NCBI GenBank assembly: GCA_030765645.1
Contig: JAVCCE010000054.1
Location: 3,568-67,567, forward strand
DNA length: 64,000 bases
Direction of reading: 5' to 3'
From: Candidatus Hinthialibacter antarcticus
Lineage (GTDB): Bacteria > Hinthialibacterota > Hinthialibacteria > Hinthialibacterales > Hinthialibacteraceae
Positions 27,038-35,448 of this stretch are shown here, piece after piece. Below the pieces are notes generated by a model that was given only the letters and a program-made list of their open reading frames with translations, was not told the DNA's origin and did no database searches. Position 1 is the first letter of the stretch, and each line of letters starts with the position of its first letter. Both the position numbers and the translations under genes were made by a program.

Positions 27038-29929
27038 TTATTTGATTACTTTAAACGAATATTCGCCGGACGGCGTAAAGAAAACCAGTTTCTCATTTTC
27101 TGTCCGAACCAATATAACATCTCTCTGTCTGCTGAGTTCTTTTCCATTTAACTGAACTTGATCCAAGTTCGCAGCCGGAACATAAACATGAGCGGTGGTA
27201 TTCGCTGGTATCCTGACGCTTAACTCAAACATCGCTTCCGAATTTTTCCATTCGCTGCCAATCGCGCCATGAATACTTTCAACCGACGCCTTCACCCAAT
27301 GGATGGGTTCCTGTTCGGGGTTCGAGCCATATTCAGGCGGATGAGGATCAATGATGATTTCCTTGTAGCCGGGCGACGCGCAGTCGATCCCCGCCAGCGA
27401 CTGGAACATCCATTCACACACCGCGCCGAAGGCGTAATGGCTGAATGAGTTCATCGACACGCTGGCGAAACCGTCTTCTTTGGTATAGCTGTTCCAGCGC
27501 TCCCAAATGGTGGTGGCGCCGTTTTCAACTTCATACCCCCATGATGGATATCGGCGGCTTTGCAACAACCGGGCGGCCAAATCGTTATTGCCGTGACGGG
27601 TCAGCACCGTCAACAGTGGACGCGTCCCCAAAAACCCGGTGCTCATGCGAACGTCGTTTTCATTGATGAGTTCCACAAGGCGGTCGCTCGCGGCTTGCGT
27701 CTGTTCTTCCGAAACCAATCCGGCGAACAGCGCCAATGAATAGGAGGTTTGATAATCATGCTTGATGCGCCCGTCATCACTTAGGTACTTTGCGGCAAAT
27801 GCGTTTTTGATTGATGAATACAATTCACGATACTGTTTTGCGTCATCGCTTTCACCAATCGCGTCCGCCATTTCGGCCATCATTCGCGCGGATAGCGCAA
27901 AATAAACCGTATCGACATACTCAACCGGCGCAGTGTCGCCCAGCGCCAGCCAATCGCCCCAACCGTTGCCGATATTCACGCCCAAAAAGTCAGGGCTGTT
28001 GGTTTGGCGAAACTGCATGAAGCGCGTCATCGACTCGTAATGCCGTTCGATAACGCGCACGTCGCCGTACACCTTATATATTGTCCAGGGACAAATGATC
28101 CCCGCATCCATCCAGGCGGTCGCGAAGCCGCGATGGGGTTTGCCGTGCATCATCGGATAGGGCGCATAATCGGGATACGCCCCATTGGGCAATTGGGCTT
28201 CTTCTAAATCATCCAGCCATTTAGTAAAGAAGGCGGCGACGTCAGCGTTATAGCTCGCCGTTCGGATATAGGTTTGCGCATCACCCGTCCAGCCAAAGCG
28301 CTCGTCGCGTTGCGGGCAATCAGTGGGGACTTCAAAAAAGTTCGACCGCTGCGTCCAGACGATATTTTTAAACAATTGATTGACCATCGGATCAGAACAC
28401 GCAAACGAACTGGTCAGCGGCGTGTCGGAATGAATGGCGATTCCCGTGACGGTATTCAGGCTGGGCTTTTCCGTCAGGCCCGTTAATTCAACATATTGGA
28501 ATCCATGATAGGTAAAACGCGGCTCCCAGATTTCGGGCTGGCTGTCGCCGCGCAAGATGTAAGTATCCGTCGCTTGCGCCCGGCGCAGGTTTTCGGTCAT
28601 CAAGCGCCCGTCAGGGTGCAGCATCTCACCGTGGCGAATCACAATCGTATCGCCGCGCTTGCCTTTCACCTTGATCTGTACAACGCCGGAAAAGTTTTGC
28701 CCCATATTAAAGATAAAGGTTCCCGGAGAAGGCTCGGTGATCTCAATCGGTTTTATCTTCTCCGTCGGACGGATGGGGACTGACGGATAGGCAGTGATTT
28801 GCTTTGGTTCAATAAAACCAAACTCCATTTCGCGCTTACCTGCTTGGTCCGTAAACACGGCCTTGGTCGAACCATTATCTTTCGCGGGGATAGCACTCTC
28901 CCACTGCGCGTCGTCAAAGCCAGGCTGGTTCCAACCAGGTTGTTCCAGCCGCGCGTCATAGGTTTCACCCATGAGCATGTCGGCCTTAACAATCGGCCCG
29001 GTGCGAGTTTTCCAGCTGGCGTCGGTTGCGATGATTTCGCTGGTTCCGTCTGTATATTCGATCTCAAGTTGCGCCAAGAGCGCCGGGGTCTTTCCATAAA
29101 TATTGCGCCCGCTTTGGTTGGGGCCATAACCGACCAGCAAGCCATAGCCGAGATAACCGCTATACCAGCCGTCAGCGACGATGGCGCCAATCGCGTTTTG
29201 TTTAGACTGGACCAGGCTTGTCACGTCAAATGCGTTGTAGTAAACCCGTTCGCGATAATCTGACCAGCCGGGGGTAAACATTTGGTCGCTAACGCGTTTT
29301 CCGTTGATGCTCAGTTCATAGATTCCCAACGCAGACGCATAGGCCATGGCGCGTTTGATTGGCTTGTTCGCGACAAACGTCTTTCGGTAATATCGCGCTG
29401 GCGGAAGAACCATATTCTCTCTTGACGCCGACATGGGCGCATCATCTTTAAAACTGGTCCACTCCGCTTTCCAGTCTTCATTCGACAACAACCCCATTGA
29501 CCAATGCGCGGCGCTGCTCCAATGAGACGCGCGACCATCCTGCCCCCAGACGCGCACTTTCCAGAAACAATGTTGACGCGATTGTAGTGGAGCGCCTTGG
29601 TAGGCAATGTTGACGCTTTGGCTGCTTTCGGTTTTTCCTGAATCCCAAAGATCAAACTGGTTTCGATGCAACAATTCATCGCTCGAAGCAACGCAAATTT
29701 GATAGGCGGTTTGCAGGGCGCCATTTTCGTCAGAGTCCAACTTCCAACTTAAGCGCGGCTGGGTTTCATCAATGCCAATTGGGTTTACCAGATACTCGGT
29801 GCGCATGTCTTGCGCCGTGAGCGCGTCCGCCGCTGCCATCGCTCCTAGATAACCGAGAAAAATAAAAAAAACGGCTGCTGTTTTTTGAAGAGAAAAATTC
29901 ATCGTTCGCCCCATTGTTCTATATTTCAT
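27038..29929 (-). CDS. Secreted alpha-L-rhamnosidase (GH78)
   Basis: PRLSW, ALGIYE, GETYDAR, MGQNFSG, FTYHGFQY, PTDCPQRDERFGWTGD, TTIWERW, SFSHYAFG. Confidence 0.95.
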   Translation of the reverse strand: MKYRTMGRTMNFSLQKTAAVFFIFLGYLGAMAAADALTAQDMRTEYLVNPIGIDETQPRLSWKLDSDENGALQTAYQICVASSDELLHRNQFDLWDSGKTESSQSVNIAYQGAPLQSRQHCFWKVRVWGQDGRASHWSSAAHWSMGLLSNEDWKAEWTSFKDDAPMSASRENMVLPPARYYRKTFVANKPIKRAMAYASALGIYELSINGKRVSDQMFTPGWSDYRERVYYNAFDVTSLVQSKQNAIGAIVADGWYSGYLGYGLLVGYGPNQSGRNIYGKTPALLAQLEIEYTDGTSEIIATDASWKTRTGPIVKADMLMGETYDARLEQPGWNQPGFDDAQWESAIPAKDNGSTKAVFTDQAGKREMEFGFIEPKQITAYPSVPIRPTEKIKPIEITEPSPGTFIFNMGQNFSGVVQIKVKGKRGDTIVIRHGEMLHPDGRLMTENLRRAQATDTYILRGDSQPEIWEPRFTYHGFQYVELTGLTEKPSLNTVTGIAIHSDTPLTSSFACSDPMVNQLFKNIVWTQRSNFFEVPTDCPQRDERFGWTGDAQTYIRTASYNADVAAFFTKWLDDLEEAQLPNGAYPDYAPYPMMHGKPHRGFATAWMDAGIICPWTIYKVYGDVRVIERHYESMTRFMQFRQTNSPDFLGVNIGNGWGDWLALGDTAPVEYVDTVYFALSARMMAEMADAIGESDDAKQYRELYSSIKNAFAAKYLSDDGRIKHDYQTSYSLALFAGLVSEEQTQAASDRLVELINENDVRMSTGFLGTRPLLTVLTRHGNNDLAARLLQSRRYPSWGYEVENGATTIWERWNSYTKEDGFASVSMNSFSHYAFGAVCEWMFQSLAGIDCASPGYKEIIIDPHPPEYGSNPEQEPIHWVKASVESIHGAIGSEWKNSEAMFELSVRIPANTTAHVYVPAANLDQVQLNGKELSRQRDVILVRTENEKLVFFTPSGEYSFKVIK

Positions 29930-29945
29930 TTCCTCATATAAGCAT

Positions 29946-30182
29946 CTAATAATTCGCCATCGACCGCAAGTTCCTTCGTGATTTCAGGCGAAAAATTTCA
30001 GCGAGATTGATATCCATGCGTGATGCATTATGCAAAAGCGCTTGGGTTTGTCCTGTATCAAATAGAATGCGCACGGAATCGATTTCAATAAACAAAGATA
30101 AGCTATGCTCCGCAATCAAATCGTCCGGGCGGGCTGTGTTGTTGATTAAGACAGAGACCGTACTTTGTTGAACTTTAACCAT
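29946..30182 (-). pseudogene. Truncated MBL-fold metallohydrolase (N-terminal ~60 aa only)
   Basis: VLINN...AEHSLSLFIE...ILFDTGQ...LHNASRMDINL is a typical MBL N-terminus; it stops before the HxHxDH motif, which was not found in the adjacent frames. Confidence 0.75.
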
Positions 30183-30183
30183 T

Positions 30184-30522
30184 TTAATGTGTACAGAGGT
30201 TTTCACCCGTTTGCAAAGAGCCTTCCAAAAATTGTTTTGCGAGCGCTTCAGGAAGTTCCTCCGGCGCGCCGATCACAACCCGGATGGAGTATTGATCAAA
30301 CAATTGTTTGGCTTTGATGCCCATGCCGCCGCAAATAATGACGTCTGCGCCTTGCTGGTGCAACCACAAGGGCAAGACGCCAGGTTCATGAGGCGGAGGC
30401 GTGACGAGCGTCTTGCTCGTTACCTGTCCTGCTGAAGAGTCGACTTCAAGCAGAGCAAAATGTTCACAATGGCCAAAATGGGCTGCGAGTTTTTCGTTGA
30501 TGACGGGGACGGCGATTTTCAT
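30184..30522 (-). CDS. NifB/NifX-family (orange-protein-like) metal-cluster-binding protein
   Basis: MKIAVP, HFGHCEHF, PPPHEPG, ICGGMG, C-terminal NLCTH. Confidence 0.9.
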   Translation of the reverse strand: MKIAVPVINEKLAAHFGHCEHFALLEVDSSAGQVTSKTLVTPPPHEPGVLPLWLHQQGADVIICGGMGIKAKQLFDQYSIRVVIGAPEELPEALAKQFLEGSLQTGENLCTH

Positions 30523-31439
30523 TAGTTGGCTCCTTTTTTTGAGACTTCACTTGATAAAGTTAGTCGTTGTTTTATGGTTCGCCATAGTTCTCGAATGGCG
30601 ATTGCCGACGGACCATTTGAAAATTCTGTTAATGACATTTGATTGATTTGCGCCTCGACGAAAGAACTGTCATACGGAATTCGCCCAACAACTGGCGTCC
30701 CCAGTTCGATTCCGCGCATGGTGATGCTGTGGGTGATATCCCGGTTGATATCATATTTGTTCACACAAATAACGGCTGGAATATCGAAGTGATGAGACAA
30801 TTCAACCACTCGTTCCATATCATGAAAACCGGATAACGTTGGCTCGGTGACGATAAGAACTAAATCAACGCCTGAAATTGCAGCAATGACGGGACATCCA
30901 ATCCCGGGCGGGCCGTCGATCAATATCCAATCGCAGCCAAGTGATTGGCCCCATTCAAACGCATGTCTCCGAACCAACGTTGATAGTTTTCCTGAATTCT
31001 CTTTCGCGACTTGCAAGGTTGCGTGAGTCATTGGCCCTAAACGTGAGTGAGAGCGAAACCATTCTCCATTTTCTTCTTCCCGAAGTTCGATGGCGCCGAC
31101 GGGACAATACCGGACGCAGACCCCGCATCCTTCACAGGCCAGTGAATCAACTTGATAGACGGTTCCAGCCATTGTCTCTACGGGCTGCACCGCCTCAAAT
31201 GCGCAAAGGTCAAAACAAACCCGGCAATCAATGCACTTGTCTTTTGATATATAGGCTTTTTTTCCACAACGAAACGCTCCGCGTTCAATTACTTGTGGAT
31301 TTAATACGAGGTGCAAATCAGACGCGTCGACGTCGCAATCCGCAACCATCGCATTTTGGGCGAGAGACGCGAGACATGCCGTCAAACTAGTTTTTCCGGC
31401 GCCGCCTTTTCCACTGATTATGCTAATTTGCTTCATCAT
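30522..31439 (-). CDS. MinD-superfamily P-loop ATPase with inserted 2x[4Fe-4S] ferredoxin domain
   Basis: SGKGGAGKT, DCDVD, CIDCRVC...C, CEGCGVC...CP, DGPPGIGCP, TEPT. Confidence 0.92.
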   Translation of the reverse strand: MMKQISIISGKGGAGKTSLTACLASLAQNAMVADCDVDASDLHLVLNPQVIERGAFRCGKKAYISKDKCIDCRVCFDLCAFEAVQPVETMAGTVYQVDSLACEGCGVCVRYCPVGAIELREEENGEWFRSHSRLGPMTHATLQVAKENSGKLSTLVRRHAFEWGQSLGCDWILIDGPPGIGCPVIAAISGVDLVLIVTEPTLSGFHDMERVVELSHHFDIPAVICVNKYDINRDITHSITMRGIELGTPVVGRIPYDSSFVEAQINQMSLTEFSNGPSAIAIRELWRTIKQRLTLSSEVSKKGAN

Positions 31440-32302
31440 GGGCGGCTCTCGCTTCCGACCAATGAAGACGCAACGCTAAAATATATTTCCACCATTGGTT
31501 TTTGCACGCTTGGAACGCTCTTGACAATCAATTCTCCGCGAGAACAGGCCTCAGCGGCGATACGATCATCCGGCACCGAAGCGATAATCGGAATCGCTTC
31601 TCTCGCACAGTAATCATGCGCACAAGAATCGCCGATTCCATCCCGGTTAATGACCACGCCAAACGGAACCTCTAATAATCGCAAAAGTTCAACAATTAAA
31701 TGAAGATCGTGGACGCCGAACGGCGTCGGTTCACAGACAAGAATCACAAAATCACAATCTCGAACCGCTTCAATGGTTGGGCAGGAACAACCCGGCGGGC
31801 AATCAACGATGACAAACGAATTATCATCTGCATACGACTTTACCGTTCGGATCACAGGAACAGCAGACGGTTCTCCGATATTTAGTTTCCCCTGAACAAA
31901 TGCAAAGCCGTCCGCCCATCCCCGCTCAATATCACCAACCGTTCGCTGGCCTTTTGTGATTGCTTTTTCGGGGCATCCACGCCAACAGCCGCCGCATCCA
32001 TGACAGAGATCAGGAAACACCAAAATGTTCTTGCCCACATAAACAATTGCCTGAAACTGACAGATGTCTGCACACTGACCACATTGAGTACATAGGCTGG
32101 GATCATAACTCGGGCAGTTCACATAAACCGGCAATTTTTGATCGAGTATAGGTTTAACAAAGATATGGCAGTTCGGCTCTTCAACGTCGCAGTCAAGCAA
32201 GCAAACTGGAGCGGATGAATAACGAGATGCGATATACGCAAGATTGGCGGCGACGGTCGTTTTCCCGACGCCGCCCTTACCGCTAGCGATTGCAACTTTC
32301 AT
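31436..32302 (-). CDS. MinD-superfamily P-loop ATPase with inserted ferredoxin domain (paralog)
   Basis: SGKGGVGKT, DCDVEEPN, CTQCGQC...C, CHGCGGC...CP, EPTPFG. Confidence 0.92.
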   Translation of the reverse strand: MKVAIASGKGGVGKTTVAANLAYIASRYSSAPVCLLDCDVEEPNCHIFVKPILDQKLPVYVNCPSYDPSLCTQCGQCADICQFQAIVYVGKNILVFPDLCHGCGGCWRGCPEKAITKGQRTVGDIERGWADGFAFVQGKLNIGEPSAVPVIRTVKSYADDNSFVIVDCPPGCSCPTIEAVRDCDFVILVCEPTPFGVHDLHLIVELLRLLEVPFGVVINRDGIGDSCAHDYCAREAIPIIASVPDDRIAAEACSRGELIVKSVPSVQKPMVEIYFSVASSLVGSESRP

Positions 32303-32538
32303 GTAGATAAACCGTCACGCAGCATCGGAGATTGACATTTGGGACAGATCAGCGTCTTGCATGGAACGCCGGGCTGATGAGGCGCGGTTTCGCCACAGTT
32401 AGGACAAACGCAATTTCCGTCCTGGCTCATAGCGCTTCGCCCTTTGCCCTGGCCGCGTCCCTGCCCCTGACCGCCCTTTCGTCCACCTCCGCCGGAACTT
32501 GGTCCTCGACTACCTTGTCCTGATTGGCCTTTTGGCAT
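32299..32538 (-). CDS. Small Gly-rich protein with CxCPxCG...CPKC metal-binding motif
   Basis: GQGRGQG tract, then CVCPNCG, HQPGVPC, CPKC; overlaps the next start by 4 bp. Confidence 0.8.
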   Translation of the reverse strand: MPKGQSGQGSRGPSSGGGGRKGGQGQGRGQGKGRSAMSQDGNCVCPNCGETAPHQPGVPCKTLICPKCQSPMLRDGLST

Positions 32539-32567
32539 TTCACTTGGCTCTCTTCCGATTGGGCCTG

Positions 32568-32918
32568 TTATGGTTCCAATGATGATGGTTCGTTGCTGGG
32601 CGGCGCTTCCAATTTCTCAATGCGTTGGTTGATGTTATCCAACAACAATTGAACTTGCTCCGCCTGTTCTTTTAGCGCGGCCAAATCCTGATTGCGGTCG
32701 AATGCAGCAACATCTAGAGAGAAGTTTCCCTGTCGGCGTCCTCTTCCAAATGAGTTGGAGGCCCTGCTCCCTCGTCTTCGTCCAACACTGCGACCAACTC
32801 GAAATGGAACGCCTCCTCTCCCTGTAGAAACATTGCTTACGGTTCCAGTACACAATCCAAAACCGCGTCCTGTGGCGGGCCCCATTCCAGAGGGGCCGCT
32901 TCGATCTTTTCCTGGCAT
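32568..32918 (-). CDS. DUF5320-like Gly/Arg-rich protein with C-terminal coiled coil
   Basis: MPGKDRSGPSGMGPATGRGFGLC N-terminus; LKEQAEQV...INQRIEKLE; aggagg RBS. Confidence 0.8.
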   Translation of the reverse strand: MPGKDRSGPSGMGPATGRGFGLCTGTVSNVSTGRGGVPFRVGRSVGRRRGSRASNSFGRGRRQGNFSLDVAAFDRNQDLAALKEQAEQVQLLLDNINQRIEKLEAPPSNEPSSLEP

Positions 32919-32931
32919 GATGACGACCTCC

Positions 32932-33813
32932 TTATGCACGGTTGGTTGCAACCGGTGCATCGTAATTTCCGGTGAGAATAAAATCGCCGGTCTTGCATCC
33001 GATGTCCCGTGCGATCACGGGACATTTGGCTTGTAAGAGAAAGAAAATCGGCTTTCGAATATGGCTAAGCGTTTCGTAATTGGCCTGGCCTTTTGCAATA
33101 ATTAAATCGGCGGAAGCAAACCGTTCGCGAAAAATCGGCGAGCAATCATCCAAAATACAGCCAGGCGCATCAGAGCCATTGCCAACAACACGCACCATCT
33201 GGGTCAGCCCTGTTTCCAATGCGTCTTCCATGGTTGCGTCATTAATGATTGGCTTGCCTTTCACTACATAGACAACCTTGTCGAGCGGCATTTGCGAAAG
33301 CAACAATTGGTCAAAAACGATCTCTCCCGCATTGTCGCCAAGAAATAAAATCGTCTTGGCTTCGTTGATCGCCTGTTTAAACAATTCAATCGCTGCGTTT
33401 GAGATATCTGCTGACAAACTCTTTTCAATTGATGCATGGACCGATTCATCTTCAACCGTTGCCGCAGCGCCAAAATCGATAATGTTTCCAGCGATCGCCA
33501 AGCGGACGGCGCACTCCAGTGGGTCCGCCGCGTCATCGACGTAGCGCTTCAGCCGGGGCAACAGTCTCAGCGCAAACTGGTTGAAATATTGTTTGCGTTC
33601 GTAATACGGATCGCTCTGGGTGGTTAATTCACGAATCAAACGGTGTATGCGCTGCCCCATGATCGGCGGAGGCATCGTCAGGTCCATTTCACTCACTTCT
33701 CGTAGCATGTTTCGCAACATCCCTTCGTGAATGCGCTCATCGCTCGATACAAAACGGGCAGTTGCCAGCGCCTGTTTTAAAAAACAAGGGATGCAATCAA
33801 AGTACGTTTTCAT
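32932..33813 (-). CDS. DUF89/ARMT1-like damage-control phosphatase
   Basis: DCIPC, DPY, AIAGNIID, DNAGEIVFD, PIINDAT, KGQANYE, KC. Confidence 0.9.
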   Translation of the reverse strand: MKTYFDCIPCFLKQALATARFVSSDERIHEGMLRNMLREVSEMDLTMPPPIMGQRIHRLIRELTTQSDPYYERKQYFNQFALRLLPRLKRYVDDAADPLECAVRLAIAGNIIDFGAAATVEDESVHASIEKSLSADISNAAIELFKQAINEAKTILFLGDNAGEIVFDQLLLSQMPLDKVVYVVKGKPIINDATMEDALETGLTQMVRVVGNGSDAPGCILDDCSPIFRERFASADLIIAKGQANYETLSHIRKPIFFLLQAKCPVIARDIGCKTGDFILTGNYDAPVATNRA

Positions 33814-34180
33814 TTGCTCTGGCTCCAACGCCGTCTTGGTCTTCGGCGCTTTTTTCTTTTAACTTTCCGGCTTTGAATTGTTTGAGGGCCTGTACGACCG
33901 ATTCCTCTGAAGAGAGATACCCCTTGATGTTCGCCGCCGACAGCGTTGTCAGGGCTTTAGGGCCGATGTTTCCGGCTATCACCACTTTGACTCCATGAGT
34001 AGCAAGCATTTTCACTGTCCCAATGCCGGCCCCGTGATCCATTTCATTATTCTCGTCATTTTCAAGCGCGTTAAATTCTTCGCTATCCGAATCGAAAATA
34101 ATAAAATACGCAGACCGGCCTAAACGTGAATTAACCCGGCTAAAGATATCCATGCCTTGTGAAGCGATTGCAATTTTCAT
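33797..34180 (-). CDS. NifB/NifX-family (orange-protein-like) protein
   Basis: MKIAIAS, RLGRSAYF, HGAGI, GNIGPKA. Confidence 0.88.
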   Translation of the reverse strand: MKIAIASQGMDIFSRVNSRLGRSAYFIIFDSDSEEFNALENDENNEMDHGAGIGTVKMLATHGVKVVIAGNIGPKALTTLSAANIKGYLSSEESVVQALKQFKAGKLKEKSAEDQDGVGARANENVL

Positions 34181-34907
34181 AATGATTCTCCATTGGGATA
34201 TGCGGCTTACGCTCCGAAACGGGCGTGGTGAATTGAACCGGTAAGAAGTGTGGAGACGGCTCTCCACGATTTGAAGATGGATCACAGCGCTCTTCTAAGC
34301 ACAGTGGATTAATCAGCCGGGCTGGAATTCCCACTACGATTTCGTCGTTTTGAATAAAACCCATCTCGCGAGACGTTGGACACCCCATCGAAAGACAAAT
34401 CGTATTTCGCTGATAGGATTTTGATAACACATTGCCGCAGGTGGCCAGGAAAGTGGAAATTTGAACGCTCAACTCGTTTTGAAACATCCGCTGCCAGAGC
34501 CGAACCAACTTCATTGCTGTTCTGGGAGAGCAATATGACATGACAACATCGGGTTGCGACACGGCGCCCATTTCAAGCGCATATACACGGTCCAATCGTG
34601 GCGTAATTTCAAGAATTGAGCGAACCGAGATCCGCGTCATTCCAGTTTCTTCAGCAATGTGCTCAATCAGCGCGTTCTCGTCGACGTTCGGGTCTCCCAA
34701 ACTTCGTCTTCCACCCATGCAACTAACTTGAGAAACAGGCAGAATAAATGATTCGTTTTTTGCATTCCAAATGGCTTCGCAAACTCTCAAATTTTTCTGT
34801 GTATGCAAGGTTTTTGAATCATCGGATGGATTAATTTTCACGCCAATCCATTCGCCGCCAAATTGTTTTTTGAGTAAATCGAATAATTGTAAATGAGTCT
34901 GCGGCAT
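34140..34907 (-). CDS. DUF169-like Cys-containing protein
   Basis: GVK, RVCE, SCMGG, PDVV, ATC, SMGCPTSR, DEIVVGIP. Confidence 0.7.
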   Translation of the reverse strand: MPQTHLQLFDLLKKQFGGEWIGVKINPSDDSKTLHTQKNLRVCEAIWNAKNESFILPVSQVSCMGGRRSLGDPNVDENALIEHIAEETGMTRISVRSILEITPRLDRVYALEMGAVSQPDVVMSYCSPRTAMKLVRLWQRMFQNELSVQISTFLATCGNVLSKSYQRNTICLSMGCPTSREMGFIQNDEIVVGIPARLINPLCLEERCDPSSNRGEPSPHFLPVQFTTPVSERKPHIPMENHYENCNRFTRHGYL

Positions 34908-34909
34908 AG

Positions 34910-35296
34910 TTACCCCTGTTTGTGTAAGCACGGCTTGTTGTCTGTCTCGAATGAACGTTGTTTTGCGCAGCCCGGCATCAAAAATTGTTCTTGCATCAGC
35001 TGGTTTGACAGATAGGCTTCGACAACTTCATCAATCAATCCACAAATATGTTCTGTGACTTCGATTTCTCTCAGTTGAAGCATTTTTTCTAATGGTCGAG
35101 AAATCGCCCCGCAAATCAGTTGGTCTACTTTAAATTCATCAATTCGCGCGGCCCGATTGATTCCAATACACCCTTCCAGGTCATGTTCTTTTCGCCCATG
35201 TTCTTTGCCATCAATCAGCTCAATGACCAGCAAGCGATTGGCGGTATCAAATACAGGAGCGATTCGTGAAAAGAGAACTGGAAGAGCAATCTTCAT
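34910..35296 (-). CDS. NifB/NifX-like protein (first gene of the sigma-54 operon)
   Basis: MKIALP, RIAPVFD, LICGAIS, MPGC. Confidence 0.85.
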   Translation of the reverse strand: MKIALPVLFSRIAPVFDTANRLLVIELIDGKEHGRKEHDLEGCIGINRAARIDEFKVDQLICGAISRPLEKMLQLREIEVTEHICGLIDEVVEAYLSNQLMQEQFLMPGCAKQRSFETDNKPCLHKQG

Positions 35297-35311
35297 AACA
35301 CTCATACAAAG

Positions 35312-35328
35312 TGCAGGAAACATTCCAA
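35312..35328 (-). promoter_or_regulatory. Sigma-54 (-24/-12) promoter
   Basis: Minus strand ttGGaatgtttcctGCa: GG-N10-GC, directly upstream of the operon and downstream of an enhancer-binding-protein gene. Confidence 0.7.
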
Positions 35329-35404
35329 AACACAAAAATTCTCTAAGTCGTTATCAACCGGTGTGTTATGATAGGAATTGGCTTGAGGGGGGAGGAGAGA
35401 TATC

Positions 35405-35448
35405 TGCAATTTGCAATGGTAAAGCGAGACGAACTACTGCATTTTGCT
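35405..35448. promoter_or_regulatory. Two candidate upstream activator sites
   Basis: Palindrome tgcaatttgca (35405-35415) and tgcattttgct (35438-35448), 33 bp apart, about 80-120 bp upstream of the -24 element. Confidence 0.5.

Noticed and set aside
26805..27155. Related ORFs inside MITE copies (11951-12232, 26805-27155, 37029-37259; ...LGAPVHKGLKARTEASRV...) as a small protein family
   Set aside because: Many amino-acid changes between near-identical DNA copies, no stop inside the element (C-termini come from flanking DNA), and indels in other copies; treated as spurious unless proteomics shows otherwise
34140..34290. Programmed frameshift or second sigma-54 promoter at the DUF169/NifX overlap
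   Set aside because: The 41-bp overlap and non-domain tail fit a simple stop-codon loss; the GG-N10-GC there matches the consensus poorly
30184..35296. Nitrogen fixation (nif) cluster
   Set aside because: NifB/NifX-family domains only; the ATPases are MinD-ferredoxin type, not NifH, and there is no nifDK
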